DNA from: Eledone cirrhosa
Lineage: Eukaryota
Length of the DNA: 64,000 nt
NCBI GenBank assembly: GCA_964016885.1
Contig: OZ024742.1
Span: forward strand, 82,956,001-83,020,000
Reading direction: 5' to 3'
This document shows, in pieces, positions 1-14,051 of this stretch (position 1 is its first letter; each line of letters opens with the position of its first letter). The translations under genes and the position numbers were made by a program. A model generated the notes under the pieces. That model saw only the letters and a list, made by a program, of their open reading frames with translations. It had not been told where the DNA came from and did no database searches.

Positions 1-249
1 CAATACTATATAGGTAGCACAATCCGGCCGTTGCACATCTGGATCAAGGAACACACTAAAACCAGGGCGTCGTCTTTCCGGAAACACATAGCCAAATGCG
101 GAAACAAAGACGGAAGGCCCATTGTCACAATTGTAGCGACAGAAAGAAACGTCGGCACGTTACGTATCAAGGAAGCACTTTGTATCAAACGCCTAGGGCC
201 ACAATTAAACAACCGATCCGAGAGAAGCCAAATGAGGTGGTTGGTTTAA
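1..249 (+). pseudogene. GIY-YIG endonuclease C-terminal coding segment of a Penelope-like element
   Basis: YIGST-x-R-x-L..EH motif and E-A-L-x-I...P-x-L-N motif; stop at 247-249. Confidence 0.8.
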
Positions 250-300
250 GTTAATAAACGATTAAGCAACACGCGCACACACACACACAAGCGAGACAGC

Positions 301-337
<37 letters not shown>

Positions 338-668
338 GCACTCCACCATACGAACATACTACACTGCCAATACAGAGGAACAAGGCAACAACACACGCAC
401 ACACACACACACTCAAGCGAGACAACAACACACGCACACACACACACATAGTAACATTCAACAAACAGGGAGAGAATGGACTGACAGTTGGCGCCACCCC
501 ACTCCCACAAGTGAAAGAATTACTTCGGCCGCTGACCACTGCCTGACCGACCCCATTTCACGCGCACGCGCGCTCTGCTGAATACCTCAGTTATTCAAAA
601 AGACGAACAGCGGAGGACACGTTTCGCACCTTTCCGACAGACAAACTTTCCCCCATCCCGGAAAAAAA

Positions 669-704
669 CCCCAGTTGATAGATGTGAATCCGAAATATAT
701 AGGG
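669..704 (+). ncRNA. Minimal hammerhead-like motif with variant core in the PLE 3' region
   Basis: CCC-CAGTTGAT-(A/G)GAT gtga ATCC-GAAA-TATA-TA-GGG. Same motif at 10834-10869. The core is CAGTTGA rather than CTGANGA. Confidence 0.45.
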
Positions 705-956
705 ACAATTAAATCGCTCCCAAGGTAACTCTCTTTCGTGTTGTTATTTTTATTTTTATCCTTTACGCTCTTTCCTTCATTCCTCTACAAGTCATATACA
801 CGCCACGCATCTCAACGTACAGCCACTTACATCTCTCTCTCCACCACCGGATCTTGTTACCCGGAGATTTACCCATTTGCATTGTCGAGGCTTCCAAACG
901 AGTTGCAGAAATTTACCTTATTATTCCACAATGCTTCAAGCAAACTTCAATACCCT

Positions 957-958
<2 letters not shown>

Positions 959-1034
<76 letters not shown>
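959..1034. repeat. (TA)n microsatellite, representative of dozens of (TA)n, (CA)n and (GA)n tracts in the window
   Basis: Directly visible; these tracts produce most of the YI-, HT- and RE-repeat ORFs in the track. Confidence 0.99.
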
Positions 1035-1038
<4 letters not shown>

Positions 1039-1494
1039 GGAATACTGTTGGCTTTTTGCTACAAAGTTTTCTATACCTATTCGTTTATACATATGTATAT
1101 ATATATATCTGTGTGTGTATGTGTGTATATATATATAATATATATATATATTTGTAGTAAGATGGCTTGGACGCGTCCAAAGGCAGTATGCAGGTTGAGC
1201 GCGGCTCACCACGGTAAGTAAGGTACTCAATACAAAGCAGAGTGTAAATATTTAATATAGAAAAGGCTTCCACGGAACTAGAATGTTTCATTCGGGAGGA
1301 ATCATGAGGATATATATATATATATATACACACACACGCATGTGTGTGTGTGTGTGTGTGTGTGTGTTTCTCTGTGTGTGTATGTCGGTGTATATATATA
1401 TATATACATATCAATGACAAAGCGCACATCGCACTTCACCAATTGTAAATGTAATGAGAATGTTACACCTCCTCCATATTATTATTCTTGGTGT

Positions 1495-1684
1495 CCGTGT
1501 CGCTAGAGCGTCGGACAGAATTCTTTGCAGCATAGAGTTACGGCATTTAGGGTCCGAGGTTAACTTTGCCTTTCATCCTTACGGGGTCGATAAAATAAAG
1601 GACCAGTAACGTACTGCGGTCGATTTTATCGACTTTCCCCATCCCCCAAATTACTGGCCTTGTGCCTATACTAGAATTTATTGT
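1495..1684 (+). mobile_element. SINE copy (octopus-type family)
   Basis: Shares ccgaggttaactttgcctttcatccttacggggtcgataaaataaag...ggccttgtgcc with copies at 4071, 15150, 15270 and 36748. Confidence 0.75.
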
Positions 1685-1821
1685 TACACTCTGCTTGGTA
1701 CAACCCCAAAGTACATACTGGAGAATACTCGTCGAGTGGTCACTTTGGTGAATCTGCAGTAACTTGACTTTACAATCCCTATATACTGTATATATGTTTA
1801 TGTATGTATGTATGTCTATAT

Positions 1822-1950
<129 letters not shown>

Positions 1951-4070
1951 TATATAGAGAGAGAGAGGAGAGTGAGAGAGAGAGAGATACAATATAAGTC
2001 ATCTATATATCTAAGTCTATGCTAGCTCTTGTTCGTGTTTTATTATGTCTATGTGATTGAGTTTGCTAGCGAGAAACTGATATTTAACATGCCAATTCGT
2101 CTGCAATATATACGTACTACGAGACAATATCCAATAAGATATCTTATGTTTCGATGGCAGAGTTGAGGGCATGAACAATATTTCTGTTGGTATTTAATCA
2201 ATTTACTGTAGCTCCTACTACCATCTGAAGTTTCCCGTTCTATAACAGCTGAATATTAGGAATAAATCTCAAACGATTTGTAATAAACACAAAAAAAAAA
2301 AAAATCGTTTATTTATTTGGTGAGCCTAAATTACAACAGACGATCTTACTGTGTATATCAGACTGTAATTGTCGTTATTAAACACCTACATATTAAAAGA
2401 TGATTCAGCTAATATTTCTTTCTTTAAATCTTTGATCTCTCTTAGGAACAAGACCCGCAGTAAATTCATGTATTATGCGTAAATTTGTCGCATTTTCCGA
2501 TATTGGAAATTTATGAAAATTTCCAATCGAATATATTACATTTCTACATTTACAGAGCCACCTCAATAATATGGAAATAGAAAATCTGCAATATAATTCC
2601 ATTCTCAATCATACTAGCACGGGAAAGTAATATATTCTCTCATACAGACAGGCACCATGATAAGTAATATTAAAGTTTGTGAATCTGATGTAAATCATAA
2701 AGTTGCCAATATGTCTCAACATGATACATAAACAATTTATTCAGGTATAGATGGAAAGACCTATGGGACCGTAAGCATACTACTCACCATCTTATGAGAA
2801 ACTTTATTTCTAAAACACAAAAAAGCGAACTTAGAAAAAAATGTTGAACCGTTTACTGCATGTCTGTAAGTGTCTGGTATAGTAGAAATACTTGTTGGAT
2901 CGTTACTGCATGCTTGTAATCGGCTTTGAATGCTGTTAATCCATGTGCCTTTCCATAATTCGTTATTAGTGTTATATCGGAAAGTAATCAATAAAACGAA
3001 AGAATAACGACACGCTACATTCTGTGAGCATTGACCAATTTAATGCTGTGAAAATTGTTCACTTCTTAATATGTAAGATCTACATTAAAATACTATTGCA
3101 GTTGTACATGATACTCTATGGATTCTACGCGATTTGTATTCACTGTTGTATTAGAGTTTCATTCCATATACTCTTGATAAAACCATGAATGATATATTTT
3201 GGAATTTCGAACCATATGTGCTGCTTTATGAAAACCATTTGGAAACATAAATTATTTTCTGTTAATGCAGTAGCTACTGTATAATGCGGGACGATTGTTG
3301 GGCGCAGATTGGCAACTTTTAAATACATACCAATTCATTGGTGGTAGTCTTTTACAGGAAACTGCTGAGAAATAAAGAAGTGAAGAAAGGAGAAGAACAG
3401 TAATAATGAAAGAATTAAAAGAAAGACATTAGAGATAAAAGTGGAAGAGAAAGCGAATCATGAAGAAGTTGAGAAATAGAAAAAAGAGAGAGAAGGAAGT
3501 TTTCTGTTATCAATGTTGAAGGAGATTAAAGTGTAATATAGTTTATTTGTAAGATAGTATACATATTTGTATCATATCTGCAATTATGTACAATTTCCAA
3601 ATAATGCTCTTGACAGTTGTTTATTAGACGACTGGATCTATGTCTCAAAATTGATGGATCCTGTTTTAAGAAATCTATATTTATCAAATTAATTCCAAAG
3701 GCATATATATACCGTTAACTATATGCAGATGTACCTATACAACTATGCAGTTTATTGAATGTGAAATGTCTCTATAGAATATTTAACTCCTCTATAGGTG
3801 AACATTTGAAAATATAGATTCAGAACATAAGGAACATCGGTAATAATTAATTATATTATAAATTCGATTAAGCAATTATTTCACTGTGTTTTCATTGCTT
3901 TCACTAACAACATCTTCCATTGCACCCAATAATCGGATAGAGGTAACAATTAATATTAATGATTCAATTTATATTTACTCCGTTAAATATCTACAAATTC
4001 TTCTCAATTAATATATATCATGTAATGTACAAACTGTCACAATGTTGTTGTTATTATTATTATTATGAAT

Positions 4071-4258
4071 GAGGGTGGTGGATTGGCAGTATCGGTAGAG
4101 GGTCGGATACCATGCTTTCCAGCATAGTTACGTCCCTTTACGATCTGAGTTCAAATCCCGCCGAGGTTGACTTTGCCTTTCATCCTTACGGGGTCGATAA
4201 AATAAAGTACCAGTAATGAACTGGGTAATTGCTGGCCTTGTGCCTAAAGTAGAAACAA
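4071..4258 (+). mobile_element. tRNA-derived SINE
   Basis: A-box-like tggcagtatcgg, B-box gagttcaaatccc, conserved body and (tta)n tail. Confidence 0.8.
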
Positions 4259-4327
4259 TTATTATTATTATGAATTTAATATGTAAGTCATTAGTATTAT
4301 TTCACCGCAAATCTGCCCAATTGAACA

Positions 4328-4576
4328 TCAAGCTGATACCTGCAGCCTCAAATATTCACAATATATCGGAGGGTTCTTGATGGACCCAGTAGGTATGTCT
4401 TGTGTAGACTTCCAAAAAAGGATAATCGTCTGATGCGTTTTAGCCAACCTTGGAAACTTTACCGTGATGGTACCTATTGTTCTTATGACGATTGAGATGA
4501 CCTTGATCTCTGGACAGTCCCACGTCCTTTTCAGGTTCCACTTTAGCTCGTGGTATCTTCTCCTCTCTTTCTGCAC
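4328..4576 (-). pseudogene. C-terminal restriction-like endonuclease fragment of an R4/Dong-type LINE
   Basis: RYHELKWNLKRTWDCPEIKVISIVIRTIG resembles the RLE tail K-Y-x-x-L...W....V-I-P-I-V-I-G-x-x-G. Confidence 0.6.
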
Positions 4577-6109
4577 ACTTGTGTCAAAAAGAGAAGTACA
4601 ACTGTAACAAAAACATTGTTTTTCCTTCTTAAAACCACCAGGGCAGGCATATTGTGTTCTAATCCTTTATCATGTTATATACACCATCCTTACTCCTTAT
4701 CGTTTTGTAACCTTCATCCGTATTATTATTAGTATCATTATTTGCAATTGGTATGTACAGAGGTATTCTGGTATCGTCCCGTAAATGTGTTGCCTTCTCA
4801 TATTTAAATCATTGTATCTTAATATCTTTGCTACAAAATGGACATTTGGCTTTAATCTGTGTCCTGAAATAAAGTGACCCCAAAACATTTGCGACTTTGG
4901 CCTAAACATTTGAACCTTACACCTTAAATGTACGCCCTTAACTTTTTTATGGAGGTCACATCCACACCACATCCACTAGAGCAGCAAGAAGACCATGCTG
5001 AGCTACAGTTTTTGGTTGGCAATAGAATCACCATTCTAACCACCACCACCACTTATTTACATCAGCAAAAAAGGCGATAATCAACAGCAGCAACAGCAGC
5101 AACAACAACAACAGTAGCATCAACCACAGCAACGACAAAAAAAAACAAAAAACAACAGAAGCAGCAGCAAGGACAACAAGATCAATAACAACAACTAAAG
5201 TGTCAACAGCAGCAACAGTAGCAACAGCAACGGCAACAACAACGGCTGCGAAATTATAGAAAAGTTCCGTATACTATTGGAGCCGTATGCTTGGTCAGGC
5301 AGCCAATGAAACAAAATTTCCCCAACACATCATGATGTTAAGCGCTTCAGCTGGTTGGTTCAGGTCGCTGGTTATCTTAAAAAGATATGTGTTGGTGCAC
5401 GTGATGAGAGGATCTCAGTTCGCTTCTGTCAGATGCCAGGCGATATTATTTTGAGGTAAGCTAATAGGGTGCTACTAATTTTGCACGAAAAGTTTTGGTT
5501 GCGTGAAGTTTTTGTCTGTTACAACGTGCAAGGTTTGAAGCGATGCCATCTAAACAAAATTAGCCCCGGATATTTCGGATAATCGGCGTGTGTACGTTAA
5601 ACCATTAATCCACGGAATCCCTGGCAACGATATTCGGTATTTCAGAAGCTTTTAAGCCTTTAGCTAAAATAGTAAATATCCGGTTGACATTAAAAGCATT
5701 TAGATTAACTACGTATCTTATTTTACACGTAATTACAGGAACAATGAAAACAAATGAATATTTAATACGTATTTGTTAGTATTCTTTCATATTAGTATGA
5801 ACCTAAAACTATACTATCCGTTAAACTTCACGTTTCCGGGAGTGTGACTCTATGTTTGTGTAACTGGTTATGATTGATGGAAATGTATATGTGACTGCCA
5901 ACATATTTAAAGCATTGAACATTAAAATGATAATGAATGAAAAATGTATTTTGTTTCGTAAATAGTGAAGTGTAGTCATAGGAATCGGAGTGAAAGACAC
6001 TCATTCATATAGAATCAATTTTTGGTCCAAACGTTTACACAAGTCTATAATATTTTCTGAGTTGATAGATAGGTATTCCTCGATAGGTACATAGTTAGAT
6101 GAATCGATA

Positions 6110-6168
<59 letters not shown>

Positions 6169-6171
6169 GTG

Positions 6172-6445
<274 letters not shown>

Positions 6446-6452
6446 ATATATA

Positions 6453-6502
<50 letters not shown>

Positions 6503-6828
6503 TACATACATCTACCAAAATATACGGTAGTGTCCAATGCGTGGGAAGAACTCAATGTAATCCAAATATCATGAAAAGAGAAGATGCATTCAAAAATGTT
6601 CGATGAAAATCACAGGAAAACAGAGTCAAGATAAATTAATATAAACAATAAATAAAAACAAAGAACAAGTTCCTTATATTAAAAAAGTCATCATTGTACC
6701 ATCGTTTCTAGGATATATATGTGTGTTGGTATGTATATCATATAGATCTATGTAAAATATTACAAACTATCAGAAGAAATATACATACCTTCACATATAA
6801 ATGCTGTCTTCAGAAATAATATATATAT

Positions 6829-6862
<34 letters not shown>

Positions 6863-6937
6863 GAATATATATATACATACATATATCATACAAACCTACA
6901 CATACATACATATCGATTCACCTAACTATGTACCTAT

Positions 6938-7122
6938 CAGGTCGCTGAGTGCTACTGGTAACATGAAACCCAGTACAACCTGTCACATGGTTGGGTGGTC
7001 GGCGACTAAACCGAAACCCCACCAAGCTTATTTGGTGAGCTCAGTGATTTTGGAAACCGTGCAGGACGAAAAAGAAACCTGAAAAGGGGCGGAGTAACAC
7101 ATAAGAATCAATCGCCATCCAA
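6938..7122 (+). repeat. Structured dispersed repeat, probable LINE 5' UTR fragment
   Basis: Similar to 60608-60800 (gtgctactggtaacatg...ccagtacaacctgtc...ggcgactaaac...ccccaccaag). Confidence 0.55.
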
Positions 7123-7287
7123 TAGTGTGTAAATATGTATATCTTGTGGGTTGGGGTATTTATTGCGTACTTGCGCCCGAGTGTGAATATATATATATTT
7201 GATTAAATCTTAAAAATACATTTAAAAACATTTTATAACAAATAAAAAGAAAGGTTTAAATAAAGCTTTTAAATATTCCTTTCTAAA

Positions 7288-7371
7288 TATTGGGTCGTCA
7301 GGTATGAAATTCGTAGGAATATGTTTGTTTTGCTAGAAAAATCTACAAATTTCATACTTGACGACCCAATA
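7288..7371. mobile_element. Tiny Tc1/mariner-like MITE or foldback
   Basis: Terminal inverted repeats tattgggtcgtcaggtatgaaatt / aatttcatacttgacgacccaata with TA at both ends. Confidence 0.55.
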
Positions 7372-8039
7372 CATACCTTGTTTGCCATTTTAACTTTCAA
7401 ATGGATAGAATCCACGGTCTACGTTTATGAGGAAGTCATCGAATTATTTCACATCATTTGCAGGTGTGTTAGCCCATAGTTTGGCAGAAAGGAAATCCAC
7501 TGGGCCTAAAGGACCCCGACCTGTTGTTAGAGTATCTTTCTAAAATGGGCCATCTTTGAAAAAAAACGTGTTGTTGGTGTGATTATTGGTCATCTGGCTT
7601 AGGCTTGTCACCAGATATGAATCACTGAATCTTAGAAAGTGGTGCTCGTGTAGTACAAACTTTGTTCTCTATAATCCGATGATGTATAGATGTCTCTTTT
7701 TGTGATCTTTGCAACTGTTATTTTATCAGCTGAAAGTTCTCTAAAGATGGAAGAGTGGTGACGTGTGCAGACCTGACCAGATAGAAGCATATAGTTCCAA
7801 ATCTGCTCATAGTCGGCAGGGGTCTTATCAATCTCGAAAAAAGCATGCTTTTCACGAAGCGTTTTCGGGCGAGTGCCCTACAAATCTAACTGTTAGACAA
7901 ACAAAGAATATAAAGCCATCTTATATCGCAATGTAAAAGGGCTTAAAAATAAATGGTGCTTGAAGATCTCTGAATATATTCAAAATGCTTATAACGCAAA
8001 ACATTCACAAGTTTTATACACTTTTGCATGCAGTATATG

Positions 8040-9560
8040 GTTCAAAGATGACAGTGCCATCGTTAAGGAGTCAGTAGAAATCCTTAAGCGTTGGAAAGAA
8101 CTTTTCACTATTTGATAATCCATAATCATTTGATCATGATGTGCTAGATGGCATCAGCAGATGTGTTGTAAATTTTAAAATGGATCGATCATTATATTAT
8201 AATTAGGTTAAACTGGCCATCAACCAATTAAACACATGTAAGGAATCTGGATCAGATGGACTCCATGTAGAAGTGTTAAAGGTTGGTAATAAGAAGATAA
8301 CACAAACAATACTCCATCTCGTCACATAGTGCTCGGTTGGTGATCCTATACCACAAGATTGGATAAATGGTATCTTGGTGACCTTGTTTAAAGGTAAAGG
8401 GGACAACGGAATTTTCGACCACTACTGTGGCATCACACTGTTGGTATCTGTAGGCAGATTTCTGGCGAGATTATTGTTGAACAGGTTGCTGGAGAACATT
8501 AATCCTTGAATTACTAAGTGGAATTAGATCTTGCAGGGAGATGATTGATACGATTTACTCTGTAAGGCAGATAAGGGTGAAAAGTATTGAGCATAGGGTG
8601 CCTCTGTATTTCGTTCTTGTCGATCTGATAAAGGCCTGTGATATAGTGAGCAGGAGAGATGGACTGTGGAAAATACTGGGGACAATAGGGTGCCCAGCTA
8701 GGTATGTTGATGTGTTCGTCCACTGTATAGAAATATGAATGTTCTCGTTGTCTTGAATGGAGAATTTCCCAATGAAATCCCAGTCAATAATGACGTGGAC
8801 GAGGGAGATATCCCGACTACCACACTATTATCAATATTTTCTTCTCTGATACTGACTCATGCATTCCGGGACTGTGCAAAGGAATGCAAGTTAGAACTAA
8901 GGGTATAATCTTTCACCAAGAAGGTCCAATGTCAAGTCCAATGTGTTCCAAGTACTAATTAGGGAACTCCCGTATGCAGACAATATTGACTTTTGGCTCA
9001 ATCTCAAGATGACATGCAACACATCATAGATTGTTTTGCAGCATCTTGTAATGCGTTTGGCATGAACGTTAATCTGAAATAGACTAAGGTAATGTTCACC
9101 CATCACCAAGGGAAGCATATATTGCGCCAAATATAATTGCGCATGGAACTAGGTTTGGTGTACTTGTCACTTTTGTTTACCTGGGCAATGCATTGACGAG
9201 GGGTCGTTCCTTGAATGCAGAAATACACCTGCGTATTCAGAATGACTCCGTAGCCTTCGGAAAACGAAGGTGTGCGTTGATCATGGCATCAATATGAAGA
9301 CCAAAATTAACGTGTAAAAGGCCTGCATACTGAGTGTTGTGTTGTCCGATTTGAGGCGTGTACAGTATATTGTAGAAACCTGAATTTGCTTGAACACTTT
9401 AATCAAAAGTGTTTAAGATGAATCCTAAACATTAAGTGGTAACAACAAAAACAAAAACGAAAAAAAAACTGACACACATATCATTAGAGACGCTGGTTGC
9501 AAGATCATTGAATATACCATTATATACTCTTGGGTGGGCCATGCATTGGGTAGGCCATGT
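8040..9560 (+). mobile_element. Degraded RTE (BovB-like) LINE reverse transcriptase region
   Basis: Broken frames give GSDGLHVEVLK, IPQDWINGILVTLFKGKG, YCGITLL, MIDTIYSVRQIRVKSIEHRVPLYFVLVDLIKA, LWKILGTIGCP, RELPYADN and FVYLG. Confidence 0.85.
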
Positions 9561-9879
9561 TGTGCGCATGAATAAAGAAAGAATCGCAAAACAACTATTG
9601 TAAAATCAATTACACACAGGAAAAAGGCCATTGACTCATCCCACAGGATGTCGAAAATCAAACTCCTCACCGAGCAAGCTTGGTGGAGTTGCCGGTTCTT
9701 CGCCGACAACACGACCATGCACATTATAGAGGTTTACATCTTACCGGTAACACCTCAGAGCTATCTGACATAAACATAAATACACCAATACGCTCGGGTT
9801 CATATACCTTCCGTTACACCTACTCTGCTCATTCATTTACACACACCAGTATTCTATTTGTGGTTTTACACCGAAGTCT

Positions 9880-9951
<72 letters not shown>

Positions 9952-9954
<3 letters not shown>

Positions 9955-10192
9955 GAGGAGACTGAGGTTAGCTGAACATTCTCAACGACATCCAGAGTTG
10001 ACATTGCACTAAGTGCTCCTGTAGGAACGCCTACATGGACACACTGGAAGAGGAAGACCAAGGTTAACGTATGTCGATGCCCTAAGGACAAGCACTGGTC
10101 TGTTGGAGACGCAGGACATGGCAGCGATAATGAGGGACAGAGACCGTTGGAGAGAAGTCGTCCATGGATCTCGGGAATTTTACCCACACTAG
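9952..10192 (+). mobile_element. RTE LINE 3' terminal fragment, same family as 16029-17118 and 42069-45322
   Basis: QRRLRLAEHSQRHPELTLH...GRPRLTYVD; nucleotide match to the other copies; flanked by (TA)n. Confidence 0.85.
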
Positions 10193-10216
10193 AATATATA
10201 TATATATGTATATATG

Positions 10217-10271
<55 letters not shown>

Positions 10272-10382
10272 AGACTTGAAACCGGGCGGTAAGGGTAAAT
10301 ATAGTAGGTACAGTAAACTTTTTAAAATTTATTTTAAAACTTTTTCTCTATTTGCTAAACCTTGATTATATATATATATATA

Positions 10383-11134
10383 TAAGGAGCACACTAACAC
10401 CAGGGCCTCGTCTTTCCGGAAACACATAGCCAAATGCGGAAACAAGGACGGAAGGCCCATTGCCACAATTCTCGCGACAGAAAGAAACGTCGGCACATTA
10501 CGTATCAAGGAAGCACTTTGGATCAAACGCCTAGGGCCACAATTAAACAACCGATCCGAGAGAAGCGAAATAAGGTGCTTGGTTTAATTTAACAAACGAG
10601 ACACACACAGTAACATTCACCAAACAGGCAGAGAATACTATGGACTGACAGCTAGCGCCACCCCACTCCCACAATTGAAAGAACTACTTCGGCCGCTGAC
10701 CTCTGCTTGACCGACCCCATTTTACGCGCACGCGCATCTGCTGAATACCTCAGATATTCAAAACCACGAACAGCGGAGGACACGCTTCGCACCTTTCCGA
10801 CACACAACCTTTACCCCACGCCCCGAAAAAAAACCCCAGTTGATGGATGTGAATCCGAAATATATAGGGACAATTAAATCTCTCCCAAAGTAACTCTATC
10901 CTGTTGTTATTTTTATTTTTATTTTTATCCTTTACGGTCTTTCCTTCATTCCTCTACACGCTCCAGTCTTATACATGCCACGCATCTCAACGTACACCCA
11001 CTTACATGTCTCTCTCCACCAGTGGATCTTATTACCCGGAGATTTACCCATCTGCATTTTCGAGGCTTCTAAACGACTTAAAGTAATTTACCTTATTATT
11101 CCACAATGCTTCAAGCAAACTTCAATACTCACTT
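10383..11134 (+). mobile_element. Penelope-like element 3' end, 5'-truncated second copy
   Basis: Colinear and highly similar to 47-958; (TA)n on both sides. Confidence 0.85.
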
Positions 11135-11152
11135 ATATATATATATATATAT

Positions 11153-12202
<1,050 letters not shown>

Positions 12203-12507
12203 CTATTCCATTTCTTATGCCCGAAACGTCGTCCCCCACTTACCCCCCACTCTCCTGAGCGTGAAATTAATAAACATTTATTGTACTGCCTCTCTGTTTT
12301 GTCCCTGTTCAAATTTTTCCATTATATATATATATATATACAAATGAATATATGATAGGGATAAACACTAATACAAGTATATAAGTGTTTGTATTGCAAA
12401 TGACCAAGTTAGCTAGATTAAAAAATACTAATTAAATTAATACAGTTTGCCTGTCTCGATTTAAAATAATAAATCAATAAAAACAAACCTATATTGGCAA
12501 TAGCCGT

Positions 12508-12597
12508 GATACCCGGACAAATTTAAATTTCAAATCTTAAATTTGTTTCGCAACAATTAAGGGAAAATTCCCATTCCTGTGCTCTTCTGCAGGTATC
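12508..12597 (-). ncRNA. Type I hammerhead ribozyme, CAGAAGA core variant (504-bp family)
   Basis: Reverse complement: GATACCTG-CAGAAGA-GCA...TGC-GAAA-CAAATTTAA...TTAAATTTG-TC-CGGGTATC. Confidence 0.75.
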
Positions 12598-12831
12598 CAG
12601 AAATTGGTATGTTTCACTTCCAAATACTTAGGAAGACTGAGAGAAATGTGTTGTTGAACGCAAATGTGACCCAGCGTCTAGCTCGTCCTATACTCGTGCC
12701 GCTAGAAATAGCAGCCGGTTTTATGGGACTAAAATATTTAGCTCAACACATGGAGCCAAGAATATGTGCGTTCAACAACACATTTCTCTCAGTCTTCCTA
12801 AGTATTTTGAAGTGAAACATACCAATTTCTG

Positions 12832-12921
12832 GATACCTGCAGAAGAGCAGAGGAATGGCAATTTTCAATTAATTGTTGCGAAACAAATTTAAGATTTGAA
12901 ATTTATATTTGTCCGGGTATC
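12832..12921 (+). ncRNA. Type I hammerhead ribozyme, CAGAAGA core variant (504-bp family)
   Basis: 8-bp stem I GATACCTG/CGGGTATC, extended stem II, long stem III; GUC^ after 12913. Confidence 0.75.
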
Positions 12922-13335
12922 ACGGCTATTGCCAATATAGGTTTGTTTTTATTGATTTATTATTTTAAATCGAGACAGGCAAACTGTATTAATTTAATTA
13001 GTATTTTTCAATCTAGCTAACTTGGTCATTTGCAAGACAAACACTTATATAATTGTATTAGTGTTTATCCCTATGATATATTCATTTGTATTACACGGCT
13101 CAGAAATATCCCTTTCTTTGAGCTATTTAATTGTAAAAGACCATTTGAGTGTATAACTCTATATATAATATTCTCGGCTCCATGTGTTGAGCTAAATTTT
13201 TTAGTCCCATAAAACTGGCTGCTATTTCTAGCGACACGAGTATAAGACGGGCTAGACGCTGGGTCACATTTGCGTTCAACAACAGATTTCTCTCAGTCTT
13301 CCTAAGTATTTTGAACTGAAACATACCAATTTCTG

Positions 13336-13425
13336 GATACCTGCAGAAGATCACAGGAATGGGATTTTTGAATTAATTGTTGCGAAACAAATTTAAGATT
13401 TGAAATTTAAATTTGTCCGGGTATC
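13336..13425 (+). ncRNA. Type I hammerhead ribozyme, CAGAAGA core variant (504-bp family)
   Basis: Same fold 504 bp downstream; the first base of stem II is T instead of G. Confidence 0.65.
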
Positions 13426-13663
13426 ACGGCTATTGCCAATATAGGTTTGTTTTTATTGATCTATTATTTTAAATCGAGACAGGCAAACTGTATTAATGTA
13501 AATAGTATTTTTCAATCTAGCTAACTTGGTCATTTGCAATACAAACACTTATATACTTGTATTAGTGTTTATCCCTATCATATATTCATTTGTAATTTAC
13601 AGCTCAGAAATATCCCTTTCTTTGAGCTATTTAATTGTAAAAGACTGTTTCAGTTTATAACTC

Positions 13664-13723
<60 letters not shown>

Positions 13724-13769
13724 TTGTGTGTGTGTGTATAGTATATATATATATATGTATATATGTACG

Positions 13770-13867
<98 letters not shown>

Positions 13868-13893
13868 TGGATATATATATATATATATGTATG

Positions 13894-13932
<39 letters not shown>

Positions 13933-14003
13933 TGTTCTGCTTTGGGAAGGTCATGTTGCCAATAAGAAACACACAAGAATCTTGCTAAACAAATTCAGAA
14001 ACG

Positions 14004-14051
<48 letters not shown>

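Larger units (their letters stand above)
1..958 (+). mobile_element. Penelope-like element 3' end (GIY-YIG C-terminus plus 3' region), truncated by the window start
   Basis: Frame 1 reads QYYIGSTIRPLHIWIKEH...LRIKEALCIKRLGPQLN, the second half of a PLE-type GIY-YIG nuclease. It is followed by a non-coding tail ending in (TA)n. A second copy lies at 10383-11134. Confidence 0.85.
12339..13668. repeat. 504-bp hammerhead repeat: inverted arm (12339-12765) plus ~1.8 direct units (12767-13668)
   Basis: tgcgttcaacaac at 12767 and 13271 (period 504); reverse-complement arm upstream; (TA)n on both sides. Confidence 0.9.

Noticed and set aside
1275-1310. Minus-strand CTCATGA-TTC...GAA-T-GAAAC
   Set aside because: Core G5 is mutated and stem I is absent (truncated by TA repeat).
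4071-4170. tRNA gene
   Set aside because: The A and B boxes belong to a SINE head; there is no cloverleaf.
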